A stretch of 63,484 nucleotides of DNA, the filler included, from Octopus bimaculoides (taxonomy: Eukaryota), in assembly GCF_001194135.2 (NCBI RefSeq). It is 6 parts of 5 records of this genome, joined end to end, with 100 filler letters (N's around TTAATTAATTAA, not from the genome) between each part and the next. Parts side by side here need not be neighbours in the genome. Positions count along the whole stretch, not along the records: positions 42,656 to 60,922 come from NC_068987.1; positions 61,023 to 63,484 come from NW_026307884.1; 4 more parts are not named here. The stretch is one strand, 5' to 3'. Position 1 is the first letter of the stretch. Every line of letters begins with the position of its first letter. This document shows, in pieces, positions 51,937-63,484 of this stretch. The position numbers and the translations under genes are program-made. The notes beneath the pieces were generated by a model. It was not told the origin of the DNA and did no database searches. It was given only the letters and a program-made list of their open reading frames with translations.

Positions 51937-52244
51937 TCGGTATTAATACTGCCTCTGTCACTAATAAATATTTTTTAACAAAACGAAAAGAATACTATTC
52001 CAACAGTTTTCCAAATTAATAACTTTAAACAATTGAAAGAAATATTGTTCACTTATAACAATATGTTTCTGATTAATACGCGACTATCGTTAGAATCCTA
52101 TCTGTATTTTACACATGTAGTGGGCCACAAAAATAACTGGCACTTGTGGATCCTACACAAACTGAAGGTTAAAATTCGAAAGAGTAAACAGTACGATTAT
52201 ACAACCAGATCACCTAAATAAATAAGAAAAATGTTCATGAAAAA

Positions 52245-52512
52245 TTAAGCGTGGCTGTGTGGTAAGAAGTTTACGTCTAAACCACATAGTTCTGAGTTCG
52301 GTCCTACTGCGTGGCACCTTGGGCAAGTGTTCTACTATAGCCCCAGACCGACCAAAACCTTGTGAGTGGATTTGGTAGACAGAAACTGAAGTGTTTGTGT
52401 TTGTCTCCACCACGGCTGGATAACCAGTGCTACTTTGTTTATGTACCCGAAAAAAAGACCCCCCCCCCCCAGCATGGCCCATTCCAATGACTGAAACATG
52501 TACAAAATAAAA
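52245..52512 (+). mobile_element. SINE family C with internal deletion, antisense in intron 1 of the nucleotidase gene
   Basis: Head gcgtggctgtgtggtaagaag, tail ccagcatggcc...atgactgaaaca. Confidence 0.8.
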
Positions 52513-52535
52513 TCTATGATAGGTTCAATCCTCAC

Positions 52536-52766
52536 CGAAAGATCCTGTCGTATAGTGGCGTACTGTTCCCGAATGTAGAACTGACAACGTTCTTCTAATG
52601 GCACATAAGGTTCCGTCGGATACTTTTCACGGTATTTCTCCAAAAAGTATGATTCAAAATCACACAACACCATATCCATGTCAACTAAAACAATTAGTTT
52701 CTTTTGTGACGGGGTATGTGGCGGTGTTGCCACTACCGTAGGTTCGGTCCCAGCTAACCGAGGCAT
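52536..52766 (-). CDS. NT5C: 5'(3')-deoxyribonucleotidase (NT5C/NT5M family, HAD), first coding exon, 77 aa
   Basis: LIVLVDMDMVLCDFESYFLEKYREKYPTEPYVPLEERCQFYIREQYATIRQDLS aligns by eye to VLVDMDGVLADFE...PFIALEDRRGFWVSEQYGRLRPGLS of human NT5M (sequence recalled). A phase-0 donor TCG|GTGAGG sits at the equivalent intron position. An in-frame TAA lies shortly upstream of the ATG. Confidence 0.88.
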
Positions 52767-54217
52767 GTTTCGATTTAAAGGTTATGTTTACTTTTGTTCT
52801 TCTCTCTTTTCTTATGTTGTTCCCTTGTTTGTTGTTGTTGGCGTAAATTTGCAAACGATCTCACTACTAAGTGAACAAAAGTTTGATATTTAACAAGAGA
52901 CAGAATATAATCCCGAACACTGGATCACTAATGTTCGTATTGTTATTTCCTTTTATTGTTCTTGTATAATTGCGTGTGTCTGTGCTTGATTAACAATAAA
53001 ATTATTACATTAGCTAATAAACAGATGTAATGCAGGTGATCAAAGGCGAATGCATTGCCGGTGAAACAAAACTGAGCTTGTAAGTAAACATTAAAGAGAG
53101 AATGGTAGTAATGTTGGTTGTGGTAGCAGTGGTCTTAGCTTTCCTACTGAACTACAACAATGGCGCTACCTACTTCTCTTACTAATTTAGTATATCAGAC
53201 TGACAGACTGACGGAGATAGATAGATAGATGTAGACCAGTTAGTTTAATGAAGAAGTAGGGACGGTAGTATTCACATAAAGGGGAGGCACCTTTCTGTAA
53301 GAGAGAGAGAGAAAAAAAAACGATAAAACGTGTGGGAGAAGCGAGTTGTGGGTGGTTAAGATAGTGAGTAAAGTGTTGATAGACGTTTTGGAGAAGTGAG
53401 CAGGTTGCGATGGGATTTAAAGTTAGAATATGTTTGAAGAGAAGCAGGGTGGGGTGTGTTTAACACCATCAGGTATTACGTTGTTGTTTACAATAACGAT
53501 ATATATTTCTCATAATAGGCACTAGGCCACAAATATTAGGGAATAGGATTAATTAATTAAATCAAACTTAGTATTCGACTGGTACCTATTAAATCGTCTG
53601 CTCAGAAAAACGAAGAGTAAGATCGAATAGGATTTACACTGAAATCCCTCCGAGACCAACTTTGCCGCTCGTCCTTTGTTACTAAGTTAATTTCGATAGG
53701 ATTTCATCTCCAAATGTAAACAGGCATAAGTAAATACGTAGTTGCCCATTCTACCCATTCTATTCGTCAACACCCTCTTAAATATCACAAGAACTGAGGC
53801 CCCCACCCCTATCCTATCCTCCAATATCCTCTATAAACACCACGAGCTATGTTTTCTCCACCAATTCTACCCACCACCACTCTCTTTTAATACTGCAAGA
53901 TAGAATTGTTGGGGGTGATGGTACAGATAGTGGATGTGGTAATGTTTAATGGTAGTTTAATGCACTTCTCAAAAAGTTGTGCTGATGTGAGATTTGCCGT
54001 TCATCATCGTCGTCGTTGTCCTGACCATCATTATCATCATATTACATTTGTATGCTTCCTTGCATTGGACAGGTCTTTTCTCTTGCACAGCAGTATAATT
54101 TAGTTCCATCTCTACGATATGGGTTCCAGCCCTACCAGAGTGAAGCTCTGAATTCAGTAAAATGCGTGTATTATTCTTGTGTCAGATCATTTCAGTTCAC
54201 TATACTCTCTTCTGTGG

Positions 54218-54450
54218 AAGCACGTGGCTCAGTGGTTAGGTGGTCAGCACCATGATCGTAAGATTGTGGTTTCGATTCCTGGACCGGGCGATACGTTGTG
54301 TTCTTGAGCAAAATACTTCATTTCACGTTGCTCCAGTCCACTCAGCTGGCAAAAATGAGTAACACTGCAATGGACTGGGGAACGCATACACCATTGAAAC
54401 CGGGAAACCGGGCCCATGAGCCTGGCTAGGCTTTAAAAGGGCGTATTTAT
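54218..54450 (+). mobile_element. CORE-type SINE
   Basis: gaagcacgtggctcagtggttagg head, gtgttcttgagcaaaatacttcatttcacgttgctccagtcc core. Confidence 0.85.
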
Positions 54451-55010
54451 TATTTTTATACTCTCTTCTATAATCAATTCACTTGCCCTCGTCGTTGCCA
54501 ACCAATACCACAACAACTACCAGATTTTTGCTGTCAAGCACCTACAGCTATGGCAGCCTTTGTTTGAAAAGTTATGTAAAACTATTTTGAAGTAAAAAAA
54601 AAAAAAAATTAGAAACAAATATAGGAAACGGTCATTTATCTTGTTTTATCAATCATACTCATTATTAAAACATTAGAATAGATTTTCTTCAGAAGTAAAT
54701 CATATTTTTAAAAATTCATAGGACATTTAGATGCCCCTTTTAGAACCCCTCTTCTTTTAAGAACCACTGATCACACAACATACTAGAAATTGCTGCAAAT
54801 TCTTACTCAAACTGCATTGTTATTTCATGTAAAAAGAAAGCTACTTTCATCATAGGCCTATCGAATCAAGGCTGATCCAGGGTTAAACAACAATAGCCAA
54901 GCTCTTTGGATTTCATAAATAAAAGGAAATTCAGTCTTATAATAGAAGTCAGTAAAAATGTAAAGATGTGTGTGGGTTTGTGTGTACATATATATAACAA
55001 TCTATCTAGC

Positions 55011-55063
<53 letters not shown>

Positions 55064-55569
55064 TAGATATATAAACACACACATTTACATATATATATAC
55101 ATGTATGTGTATGTTCATGTGAATGTATGTATACAAAAAATACATGTATCCTTGTGTTACACATGGAAGAAATAAATGGATCATGTTGCAAGATGGACAG
55201 ATAAAAAAATATACACTGGTGGTGGTGCTACTGCTTATAGCAGTGTTGTTGTTGTTGGTGGTGCTGCTGCTGCTGCTGACAGCAGTGTTAGTGGTGGTGG
55301 TAGCAGTAGTGGTGGTGGTGGTGGTGATGAAGGAGAAGATATCAGCAAATATATAAATAGATAATATAATTCAGGTAAGTAGGAGTAAGAATGGTTTATC
55401 ATCAGATAGCTATGTTAAATATACACGCAGCTGTCTTAATGTACCTCTGTGTATGTGTATGCTGTGTTACGTAGGTGTGTGTGTCTATATATACGTATAG
55501 AAATATGTAAAAACATAAACATCTCTCCCTCTCAGTTTGTGTGCATGCGTGTATAGTACACACAAACAC

Positions 55570-55820
55570 ACATCACTTAATTACGGGGATGTAAACACAC
55601 CAGCAGTGGTGGAGGACAAACATAGACACCAAAACACACACACACACACACATATGCACAATAGGCTTCTTTCAGTTTCTGTCTCCCAATTCTACTCAAG
55701 ACTTTCATCAACCCGAGGCTATAGTAGAAAACACTTGCCCAAGATGCTACACTATGGGTGAGAACCCAGAACCATGTGGTTGGAAAGCAAACTTCTTACC
55801 ATATAGCCATGCTTGCATCT
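55570..55820 (-). mobile_element. SINE family C, partial
   Basis: Consensus match. Confidence 0.8.
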
Positions 55821-55849
55821 ATACATATGTCTATATAAGGTACATTCCA

Positions 55850-56060
55850 ATTTTCAGGCTTTTTCAGGAGAAACTTATTGATTTCAAAGAAGTGTAAAAC
55901 TATATCTTATTCAATGGAAGATCCTCTGACTTCTATGCACTCGTAATACTCCAGCTACTTTGTGAAGGCCCTATGGAAGTCCTCCAAAGTGAAGGTGTTT
56001 AGGACCCTTGTCACAGCTTCCTTCATTTCCAAAAGAATTGCCCTTGAAGTTCTCCATCAG
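55850..56060 (-). mobile_element. Mariner-type transposase C-terminal remnant
   Basis: Minus strand reads LLEMKEAVTRVLNTFTLEDFHRAFTK*LEYYECIEVRGS. Confidence 0.6.
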
Positions 56061-56221
56061 AGTGCGGAAAAACTAAAAGTCACAAGGAGCACGGTCTGGA
56101 CTGTAGGGAGGATAAGGGACTACTCTGATGCCCATATCTGTCAAATAGTTGGTTGCCACAATGCTCGTAAGTGAGCGCACTGGGAACAGACTTTGCAAAA
56201 ATGTTGTGCTTGTTCAGCTCT

Positions 56222-56453
56222 TATTTCTTTATTGCCCACAAGGGGCTGAACATAGAGGGAACAAACAAGGGCAGACAAAGCGATTAAGTCGATTACATCG
56301 ATCCCAGTGCGTAACTAGTACTTAATTTATCGACCCCGAAAGGATGAAAGGCAAAGTCGACCTCGGCGGAATTTGAACTCAGAACGTAACGGAAGACGAA
56401 ATACCGCTAAGCATTTCGCCCGGCTCGCTAACGTTTCTGCCAGCTCGCCGCCA
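56222..56453 (-). mobile_element. SINE family B, full length
   Basis: Near-consensus. Tail subtype shared with the 35056 copy. Confidence 0.9.
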
Positions 56454-56671
56454 ATTCAGCTCTTCTTGAATAATTCTATGTACAGTTGCCAAACTATGCT
56501 TGTTGTCTTTATAGACACATGGCAGTTTTATCCAGAAAATTGCAAATTTACTCAACCAGCTTTTATATTCTAACATCCCTCTCCTTTCCATGCATCTTAT
56601 TATCTTTCACCTCTTCTCTACGATCCTTGAACCTCATATGTGAATTAAAAAGTTAATCCATAGACAGTTTG

Positions 56672-57615
56672 GGACCTTTGTGATTTGACGGGCAACATTT
56701 TTTTATGTAGTGTTTTTGGTACCGAAACACTTTCAAACTTCGTATACTTGTATATTTTGTGGTATAGAACAGATAATAAATTTTGTATTCGAAGTTATTT
56801 CACGTTAAAAATTGTCTTATTTCTATAATTTCAACTAATCACTGACGTCTATTCAGTTGAATACAGTAACTGCTGTGACGGTGTATATGGTATTAATCCC
56901 CATTAGTTCTGACATTTCCGATTAACTAGACTGTTCGTAAACAAAGGGGAAAAAGCCATCAAAATATTTGAATATTGCCTGCACTTGTTATTGGGGCTAC
57001 CAGAATTATTAATGCACCTCCACCAAGTGCTTCATTTCCTAGAAATAGCAGCCAAATCTTCTTCAAATCAAACTCTNNNNNNNNNNNNNNNNNNNNNNNN
57101 NNNNNNNNNNNNNNNNNNNNNNNNNNNNNNNNNNNNNNNNNNNNNNNNNNNNNNNNNNNNNNNNNNNNNNNNNNNNNNNNNNNNNNNNNNNNNNNNNNNN
57201 NNNNNNNNNNNNNNNNNNNNNNNNNNNNNNNNNNNNNNNNNNNNNNNNNNNNNNNNNNNNNNNNNNNNNNNNNNNNNNNNNNNNNNNNNNNNNNNNNNNN
57301 NNNNNNNNNNNNNNNNNNNNNNNNNATATAATCAATATATGCGTATAAATTACGATTAAACTGGATGAAATATGTCACAGGGAATAACATTTTTATGACC
57401 GACCAGCACTGACTGTATTCAGCTGAATAGACGTCAGTGATTGGTTGAAATTACAGAACTACGACAACTTTAACATGAAATAACTTGCGATGTACATTTT
57501 TTTGTTATGAAGGCTAAGAGAAAAAGTTGTTTTGTATGACACATTCTACCAGTGTCCCAAGTTTGAAAGTGTTTCGTTAAGAAAACAAGTGTTGCCCGTC
57601 AAATCACAAAGATCC
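56672..57615. mobile_element. Non-autonomous DNA transposon with long TIRs and 8-bp TSD (Merlin- or MULE-like)
   Basis: GG termini gga(c/t)ctttgtgatttgacgggcaaca at both ends. A second inverted block aatcactgacgtctattcag(t/c)tgaatacagt (56825-56870 vs 57405-57455). Flanks acagtttg/gcagtttg. Confidence 0.75.
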
Positions 57616-57838
57616 GCAGTTTGGAGTATTTTATGAGTTTCTGCAGCATTTTTGCCCAAATAAATACAAAACTTTATTGTATAGCAAGCTTCCAAACATC
57701 CTGGCTGCATTCTGCAAACTAGTTAGTTGTGACAAGTGGTGTTTAACAGAGTGCATTTAAAGTGCTGTTACAACTGTCACCTTCAATGTGGTATATCAAA
57801 AATTAGCTGCTATTAGATGCACAATAATGATATACTTC

Positions 57839-57971
57839 ATTGTGTCTGGGGAGAGTGATTTTGTCTTTACGCCTTATTAACTAACACACTCACCAGCTCG
57901 ATTTCCACTCAATTTATTTATATATTTTTTCTTCCAGAATTTTCGTTGCTTCTCCCCAGACACAACAAAAT
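57839..57971. mobile_element. Deletion derivative of the 39088 foldback family
   Basis: ttgtgtctggggagagtg...tctccccagacacaa. The right flank matches the reverse complement of 39030-39090. Confidence 0.7.
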
Positions 57972-58129
57972 GTGCTTCAACACACGAATTCACATAAAGA
58001 ATCTTGCAAACCAGATACAAAAACGAAATGATATACTAAAATTACAATAAGCTAAGACACTTATAATTGCCTCTCCGAAACAAAAAGTCTCAAAACTTCT
58101 GAAATGCTCCAAGTGTGTGTGTGTATTAA

Positions 58130-58945
58130 TCTTTTATTTTTTATTTGTTTCAGTCATCAAAGTTTGGCCATGTTGGAGCACTGCCTTGAAGAATTTTAGC
58201 TAAATGTCTTGACTCCAGTATTTACATTCTTTAAAACCTGGTAATTACTCTCTCAGTCCCTTTTGCTGAACCATTAGGTTACAGGGCTGTAAACCCACCA
58301 ACACCAGTTGAGAAGCAGTGATGGAGAACAACCACAGACACAAAGACTCACACGCATATAAATATATACTCTTTTCTCTTTTTACTCTTTTACTTGTTTC
58401 AGTCATTTGACTGCCGCCATGCTGGAGCACCGCCTTTAGTCGAACAAATCGACCCCAGGACTTATTCTTTGTAAGCCTATTCTATCGGTCTCTTTTGCCG
58501 AACCGCTAGGTTACGGGGACGTAAATACACCAGCATCGGTTGTCAAGCGATGGTGGGGGGGACAAACACAAACACACATACACACATATATTCCGTCTAC
58601 CAAATCCACTCACAAGGCTTTGGTCGGCCCGAGGCTATAGTAGAAGACACGCAGTGGGACTGAACCGAGAACCATGTGATTGGTAAGCAAGCTACTTACT
58701 ACACAACCATGATAGCACAAACAGGTTAAGCAGAACTCAAAACATACCAATTGAAAATTTCTAAATAAATATGCTTGAGAATAAGTGTAGCTGTATGAAA
58801 GCACAACCACATAGCTGTGTGGTAAGAAGTTTGTTTCCCAACCACATGGCTTCAGGTTCAGTGTTGGGCAAGTGTCTTTTTTCCATAGCCTGAGATAGCC
58901 AAAACCTTGTGAGTGGATTTGTAAGATGGAAATTGAAATGCATCT
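58130..58945. mobile_element. Cluster of three family C SINE pieces (two minus, one plus)
   Basis: About 58130-58360 (-), 58370-58712 (-) and 58803-58945 (+). Confidence 0.85.
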
Positions 58946-58958
58946 ATCGTGCATGCAA

Positions 58959-59014
<56 letters not shown>

Positions 59015-59020
<6 letters not shown>

Positions 59021-59665
59021 GGCAGATTGTATGATGCGTATGTACATATAGCTATGCTACATGGCAGTGAAAAATGGGCTATGACTACAGACCACTTGCA
59101 AAGGCTTGAAAGATATGAAGCTAGCATGCTCCGCTGAATGGGTAGTGTCAGTGTGCACAAATGACAGAGTGTAAATGATTTAAGAGGAAAAACTGTGTAT
59201 AAGAAGCATCACATGCTGTGTGCAAGAGAAAAGACTGTGCTGGTATGGTCATGTTGATTTCTAATTGTGGAGGAAACCTGTAGAAGCGATAGACCCAGGA
59301 AAACATGGGATAAGTGGTGAGAAAGTGTCTTCAGATGCTGAGGAAATGACAAGGGACCAGGAGTTGTGGCGATTTGCTGTACATGAGAAGATGCCAAGCT
59401 GAGTAAAATCACTCTAATCAACATACACAAGCAGGTGCCAATACCTCATAAAATGCACTCGTGCTGGTGCAACGAAGACACATCCATGCCAGTAGCATGT
59501 TAAAAGCACTCAGCATACTCTATGAAGTGGTTGGCATCAGGAAGGGCATCCAGCCACAGAAAAACCATGTCAAAAAAGACTGGAGTCTGGCTAGCTCCTG
59601 TCAAACCATCTAACCCATGCCAGCATGGAAAAAGGACGTTAAACGATGATGATGATGATGATGGT
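59015..59665 (+). mobile_element. RTE-clade LINE 3' end
   Basis: KGRLYDAYVHIAMLHGSEKWAM...LERYEASMLR*...KRLCWYGHV...RPRKTW. The UTR with gcatcaggaagggcatccagcc ends in a (GAT)n tail. Confidence 0.9.
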
Positions 59666-59674
59666 ATGTGTATA

Positions 59675-59721
<47 letters not shown>

Positions 59722-60059
59722 NNNNNNNNNNTAGTTGGAGAAGGTTATAACGTAATTCATTTGAAAAAACCGTTGGAGATTAGGACGCTACCAGATAGTA
59801 CGTTGGACAAGAGGGGAAGGAAAAAATAAGAAAAGAAAAAAGTAAAAAAAGAGAAAGAAAATTCAGAGTGTAGAGTTGGCAGAAGATAGGCCGATATAAA
59901 TCCGATAAAAATTGGAGAGGAATGTTATGTAATAAAAAGGCATTATAAATGGGTTTAATCTTGTGTTTCTACAAAAATATTGAGATGAATGTATATAATC
60001 ATTTATACTTATGTGTATGCTCATATATACACACAAACAAATCCACATTTACTCCCATA

Positions 60060-60122
60060 AGTTCATGTATGAATATTTATATACATACCCACGCCAAAAC
60101 TCACACTCATATATACATACGA

Positions 60123-60185
<63 letters not shown>

Positions 60186-60290
60186 CATACACTTATATAT
60201 ATATGCATATATATCCGTATACCTATACATACACATACATATAAACACACATACACATACATACACAAACAAATAAATATACATACATGC

Positions 60291-60342
<52 letters not shown>

Positions 60343-60403
60343 ATATACATATACACATACCATTACACATATACACACATACCTACCTATACACAAATAC
60401 ATA

Positions 60404-60453
<50 letters not shown>

Positions 60454-60922
60454 CATGCATATATATACACATACACACATACAAATACATATATATAAAC
60501 ACATATATATGTATATACACACACACACATNNNNNNNNNNNNNNNNNNNNNNNNNNNNNNNNNNNNNNNNNNNNNNNNNNNNNNNNNNNNNNNNNNNNNN
60601 NNNNNNNNNNNNNNNNNNNNNNNNNNNNNNGTGTGTATATTTTTTGTGCGTGCGTGTCTGTGTATATTGTGCATGTTTTCGTGCGTGCGTGTGCGTTGTG
60701 TATGTGAGTGAGTATTGCGTATGTGAGAAGTGTGTGTGCATGTGTATGTGTGTGTGTATGTGTATGGGTGTGTTTATGTGTGTTTGCGTGCGTATGTGTG
60801 TGAGAGCGTAAGGATGTGTGCCAGGTATGTGTGTTATTTTGTGTGTGCACTCCTGTGTGTGTGTGTGTGTGTGCATGTGTATGCGGCTGTGTATGTACGT
60901 GTATGTAGACGTGCGCGTATAT
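60060..60922. repeat. Compound (AT)/(AC)/(GT) microsatellite block
   Basis: Read directly from the sequence. One of many such tracts in the window. Confidence 0.95.
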
Positions 60923-60966
60923 NNNNNNNNNNNNNNNNNNNNNNNNNNNNNNNNNNNNNNNNNNNN

Positions 60967-60978
60967 TTAATTAATTAA
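60967..60978. other. Synthetic scaffold spacer
   Basis: N44-TTAATTAATTAA-N44. Confidence 0.9.
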
Positions 60979-63234
60979 NNNNNNNNNNNNNNNNNNNNNN
61001 NNNNNNNNNNNNNNNNNNNNNNGCGACAAAGAAGAATCAAAACTTTCAAGGATTTCCTTTTTTTCTATGCAGGATGATAAGCTATATAGGGTATGGAACG
61101 AACCGAAATTGAAATGTTGTTGACTAAATGCTTTAATCCATTGTTCCTTCTTTTCATAACAGTACTAATACAGCACAGCTACCAATATTTCTAATTATTC
61201 TTACTAATTGCAGTAGTTATAATTTGTACTTATAAAGTGTGTATTAATTAGTACGATAATANNNNNNNNNNNNNNNNNNNNNNNNNNNNNNNNNNNNNNN
61301 NNNNNNNNNNNNNNNNNNNNNNNNNNNNNNNNNNNNNNNNNNNNNNNNNNNNNNNNNNNNNNNNNNNNNNNNNNNNNNNNNNNNNNNNNNNNNNNNNNNN
61401 NNNNNNNNNNNNNNNNNNNNNNNNNNNNNNNNNNNNNNNNATTTTAGTTTTAATTTATTAGACTTTAAAATTATTTAGAATTTAAATTTTCACTAAGTGT
61501 TTATAATACTGTTAATTTTTTATTATGATTACAGCTAAAATACATTTTGATGTTATAAATAAGACTGAAATACATATCTATATATCTCTTTGTTCTATTA
61601 CTTTTCTTTACGCCCTATTTTCACGCGACTTTATTATAATAAACGCTAAGTTAAANNNNNNNNNNNNNAAAATTTTAGTTTAAAATAAAGCTTCGACGAG
61701 ATAAGTATTGCATTTATTTTCAGTAATATTATTGGCAAAATAAATATTTTTATATAAATTCATTTGATATTTATTGTTATTCGATATATATACATTGATT
61801 TTATTATTATNNNNNNNNNNNNNNNNNNNNNNNNNNNNNNNNNNNNNNNNNNNNNNNNNNNNNNNNNNNNNNNNNNNNNNNNNNNNNNNNNNNNNNNNNN
61901 NNNNNNNNNNNNNNNNNNNNNNNNNNNNNNNNNNNNNNNNNNNNTGACGATGAATATATGTGCAATTCCAGCACCTCTTACTTTTTTGGAGTAGTGTGCA
62001 CATGTTTTGAATCATATGTAGGAATTAAAGGAACTTTTATTTATATGCGTTTTGCTNNNNNNNNNNNNNNNNNNNNNNNNNNNNNNNNNNNNNNNNNNNN
62101 NNNNNNNNNNNNNNNNNNNNNNNNNNNNNNNNNNNNNNNNNNNNNNNNNNNNNNNNNNNNNNNNNNNNNNNNNNNNNNNNNNNNNNNNNNNNNNNNNNNN
62201 NNNNNNNNNNNNNNNNNNNNNNNNNNNNNNNNNNNNNNNNNNNNNNNNNNNNNNNNNNNNNNNNNNNNNNNNNNNNNNNNNNNNNNNNNNNNNNNNNNNN
62301 NNNNNNNNNNNNNNNNNNNNNNNNNNNNNNNNNNNNNNNNNNNNNNNNNNNNNNNNNNNNNNNNNNNNNNNNNNNNNNNNNNNNNNNNNNNNNNNNNNNN
62401 NNNNNNNNNNNNNNNNNNNNNNNNNNNNNNNNNNNNNNNNNNNNNNNNNNNNNNNNNNNNNNNNNNNNNNNNNNNNNNNNNNNNNNNNNNNNNNNNNNNN
62501 NNNNNNNNNNNNNNNNNNNNNNNNNNNNNNNNNNNNNNNNNNNNNNNNNNNNNNNNNNNNNNNNNNNNNNNNNNNNNNNNNNNNNNNNNNNNNNNNNNNN
62601 NNNNNNNNNNNNNNNNNNNNNNNNNNNNNNNNNNNNNNNNNNNNNNNNNNNNNNTTTAGTTTTAAAATCATCTTATAAAATCGAAGAAAATTTTCAATCA
62701 AAAATAGCTTATAAAGGACAGAGCCTAAATACCCAGGGTAAATAATTATTTGTAAAATACTAATCAGATGACACATTAAAAGTTATATCCCTTGAAAAAT
62801 TTTTTGTTGAAAACTGAATTTTTTTTCAACGGGTTACATTATTAATTTTAGTGGGACAGCATTTTCAACCGAAAAATTTCACCGCCGAATTTTGAAAATC
62901 GCTTCACGCACACATGTTTCATAACAGAATTCTAAATATACACAACGCCTATCTTCTTGAAGTTTTCTATTCATTTTTAAGATAAATGCATAAATTGTCG
63001 ATAATATTTGTTTTGTTTCTCAGAGCGCTAGAAGTTAGGTGTCAAAACAAATTGAGCGGACTTTTTGGTCACATAATACAACAGATAATGTAATATATAT
63101 GTATGTATTATAATAAGTCGTTATGCTGTCTAAAATAATGGTGTCTAAGAACAGGACTAATGTTTAGTCGTTTCATACTTTTGCAGTATTATTCAGTTGA
63201 ATGAATTAATTTATTTCATGACGTTTCTTTACAG

Positions 63235-63370
63235 GTAATACGAAAATCTAGAACCAATGCAAATACTAAACTTAACAGTAGTATTATTGCTGCAAATATC
63301 CCTAACATTCGNNNNNNNNNNAACCAACCTTGATGAACCAGTTAACATCTCATTCAATTTCATAAATCAG
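63235..63370 (+). CDS. Possible first coding exon of a secreted or membrane protein
   Basis: tttctttacag| acceptor, ATG at 63257, MQILNLTVVLLLQISLTF-(gap)-TNLDEPVNISFNFINQ, then |gtaaca. A 10-N gap interrupts the segment. Confidence 0.25.
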
Positions 63371-63484
63371 GTAACAGCTGTGTATTTTTTTATTGCTGTT
63401 GTTGATGTTAAGGTTTCTTTTCAAAGACTTGTAGCTTTACAGTTCTATATTTAAGAGATGAGGAATTATTTACATTATTTACAT

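Noticed and set aside
52335-52535. C-terminal half of the 143-aa ORF 52335-52766
   Set aside because: Similarity to NT5C stops at a GTGAG donor. The remainder is intron and SINE sequence.
55176-55364. Gly/Ala/Val-rich or Leu/Val-rich ORFs
   Set aside because: They derive from (GGT)/(GCT)/(GTT) triplet repeats.

Overview
This is a repeat-dense, AT-rich animal genomic window with about 4.7 kb of N. The SINE and RTE-LINE families present point to an octopod cephalopod (inference from recognition, no search run). It is built from six scaffold pieces joined by synthetic N44-TTAATTAATTAA-N44 spacers. Only one host coding segment is confidently recognisable: the first coding exon (52536-52766, minus strand) of a 5'(3')-deoxyribonucleotidase (NT5C/NT5M family). 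I could not find its downstream exons in the window. Almost everything else is transposon debris or microsatellite. DNA transposons include several mariner relics, a near full-length but dead hAT-type element, an internally deleted Helitron, and hAT, pogo and foldback MITEs, some nested. Retroelements include two Gypsy relics, four restriction-like-endonuclease (RLE) LINE ends, an RTE LINE end, Penelope-like fragments and dozens of tRNA-derived SINEs. The most interesting signals are two minimal hammerhead-ribozyme folds in Penelope-type repeats (one with an A6U core change), an atypical tRNA-Thr-like gene, the orphan NT5C exon with a DMDMV motif, and a long foldback plus an E-box/CCAAT cluster in its first intron. 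Most ORF-track entries are microsatellite or N-gap artefacts. I did not find support for a new multi-gene system. SINE and relic boundaries were read by eye and are approximate.
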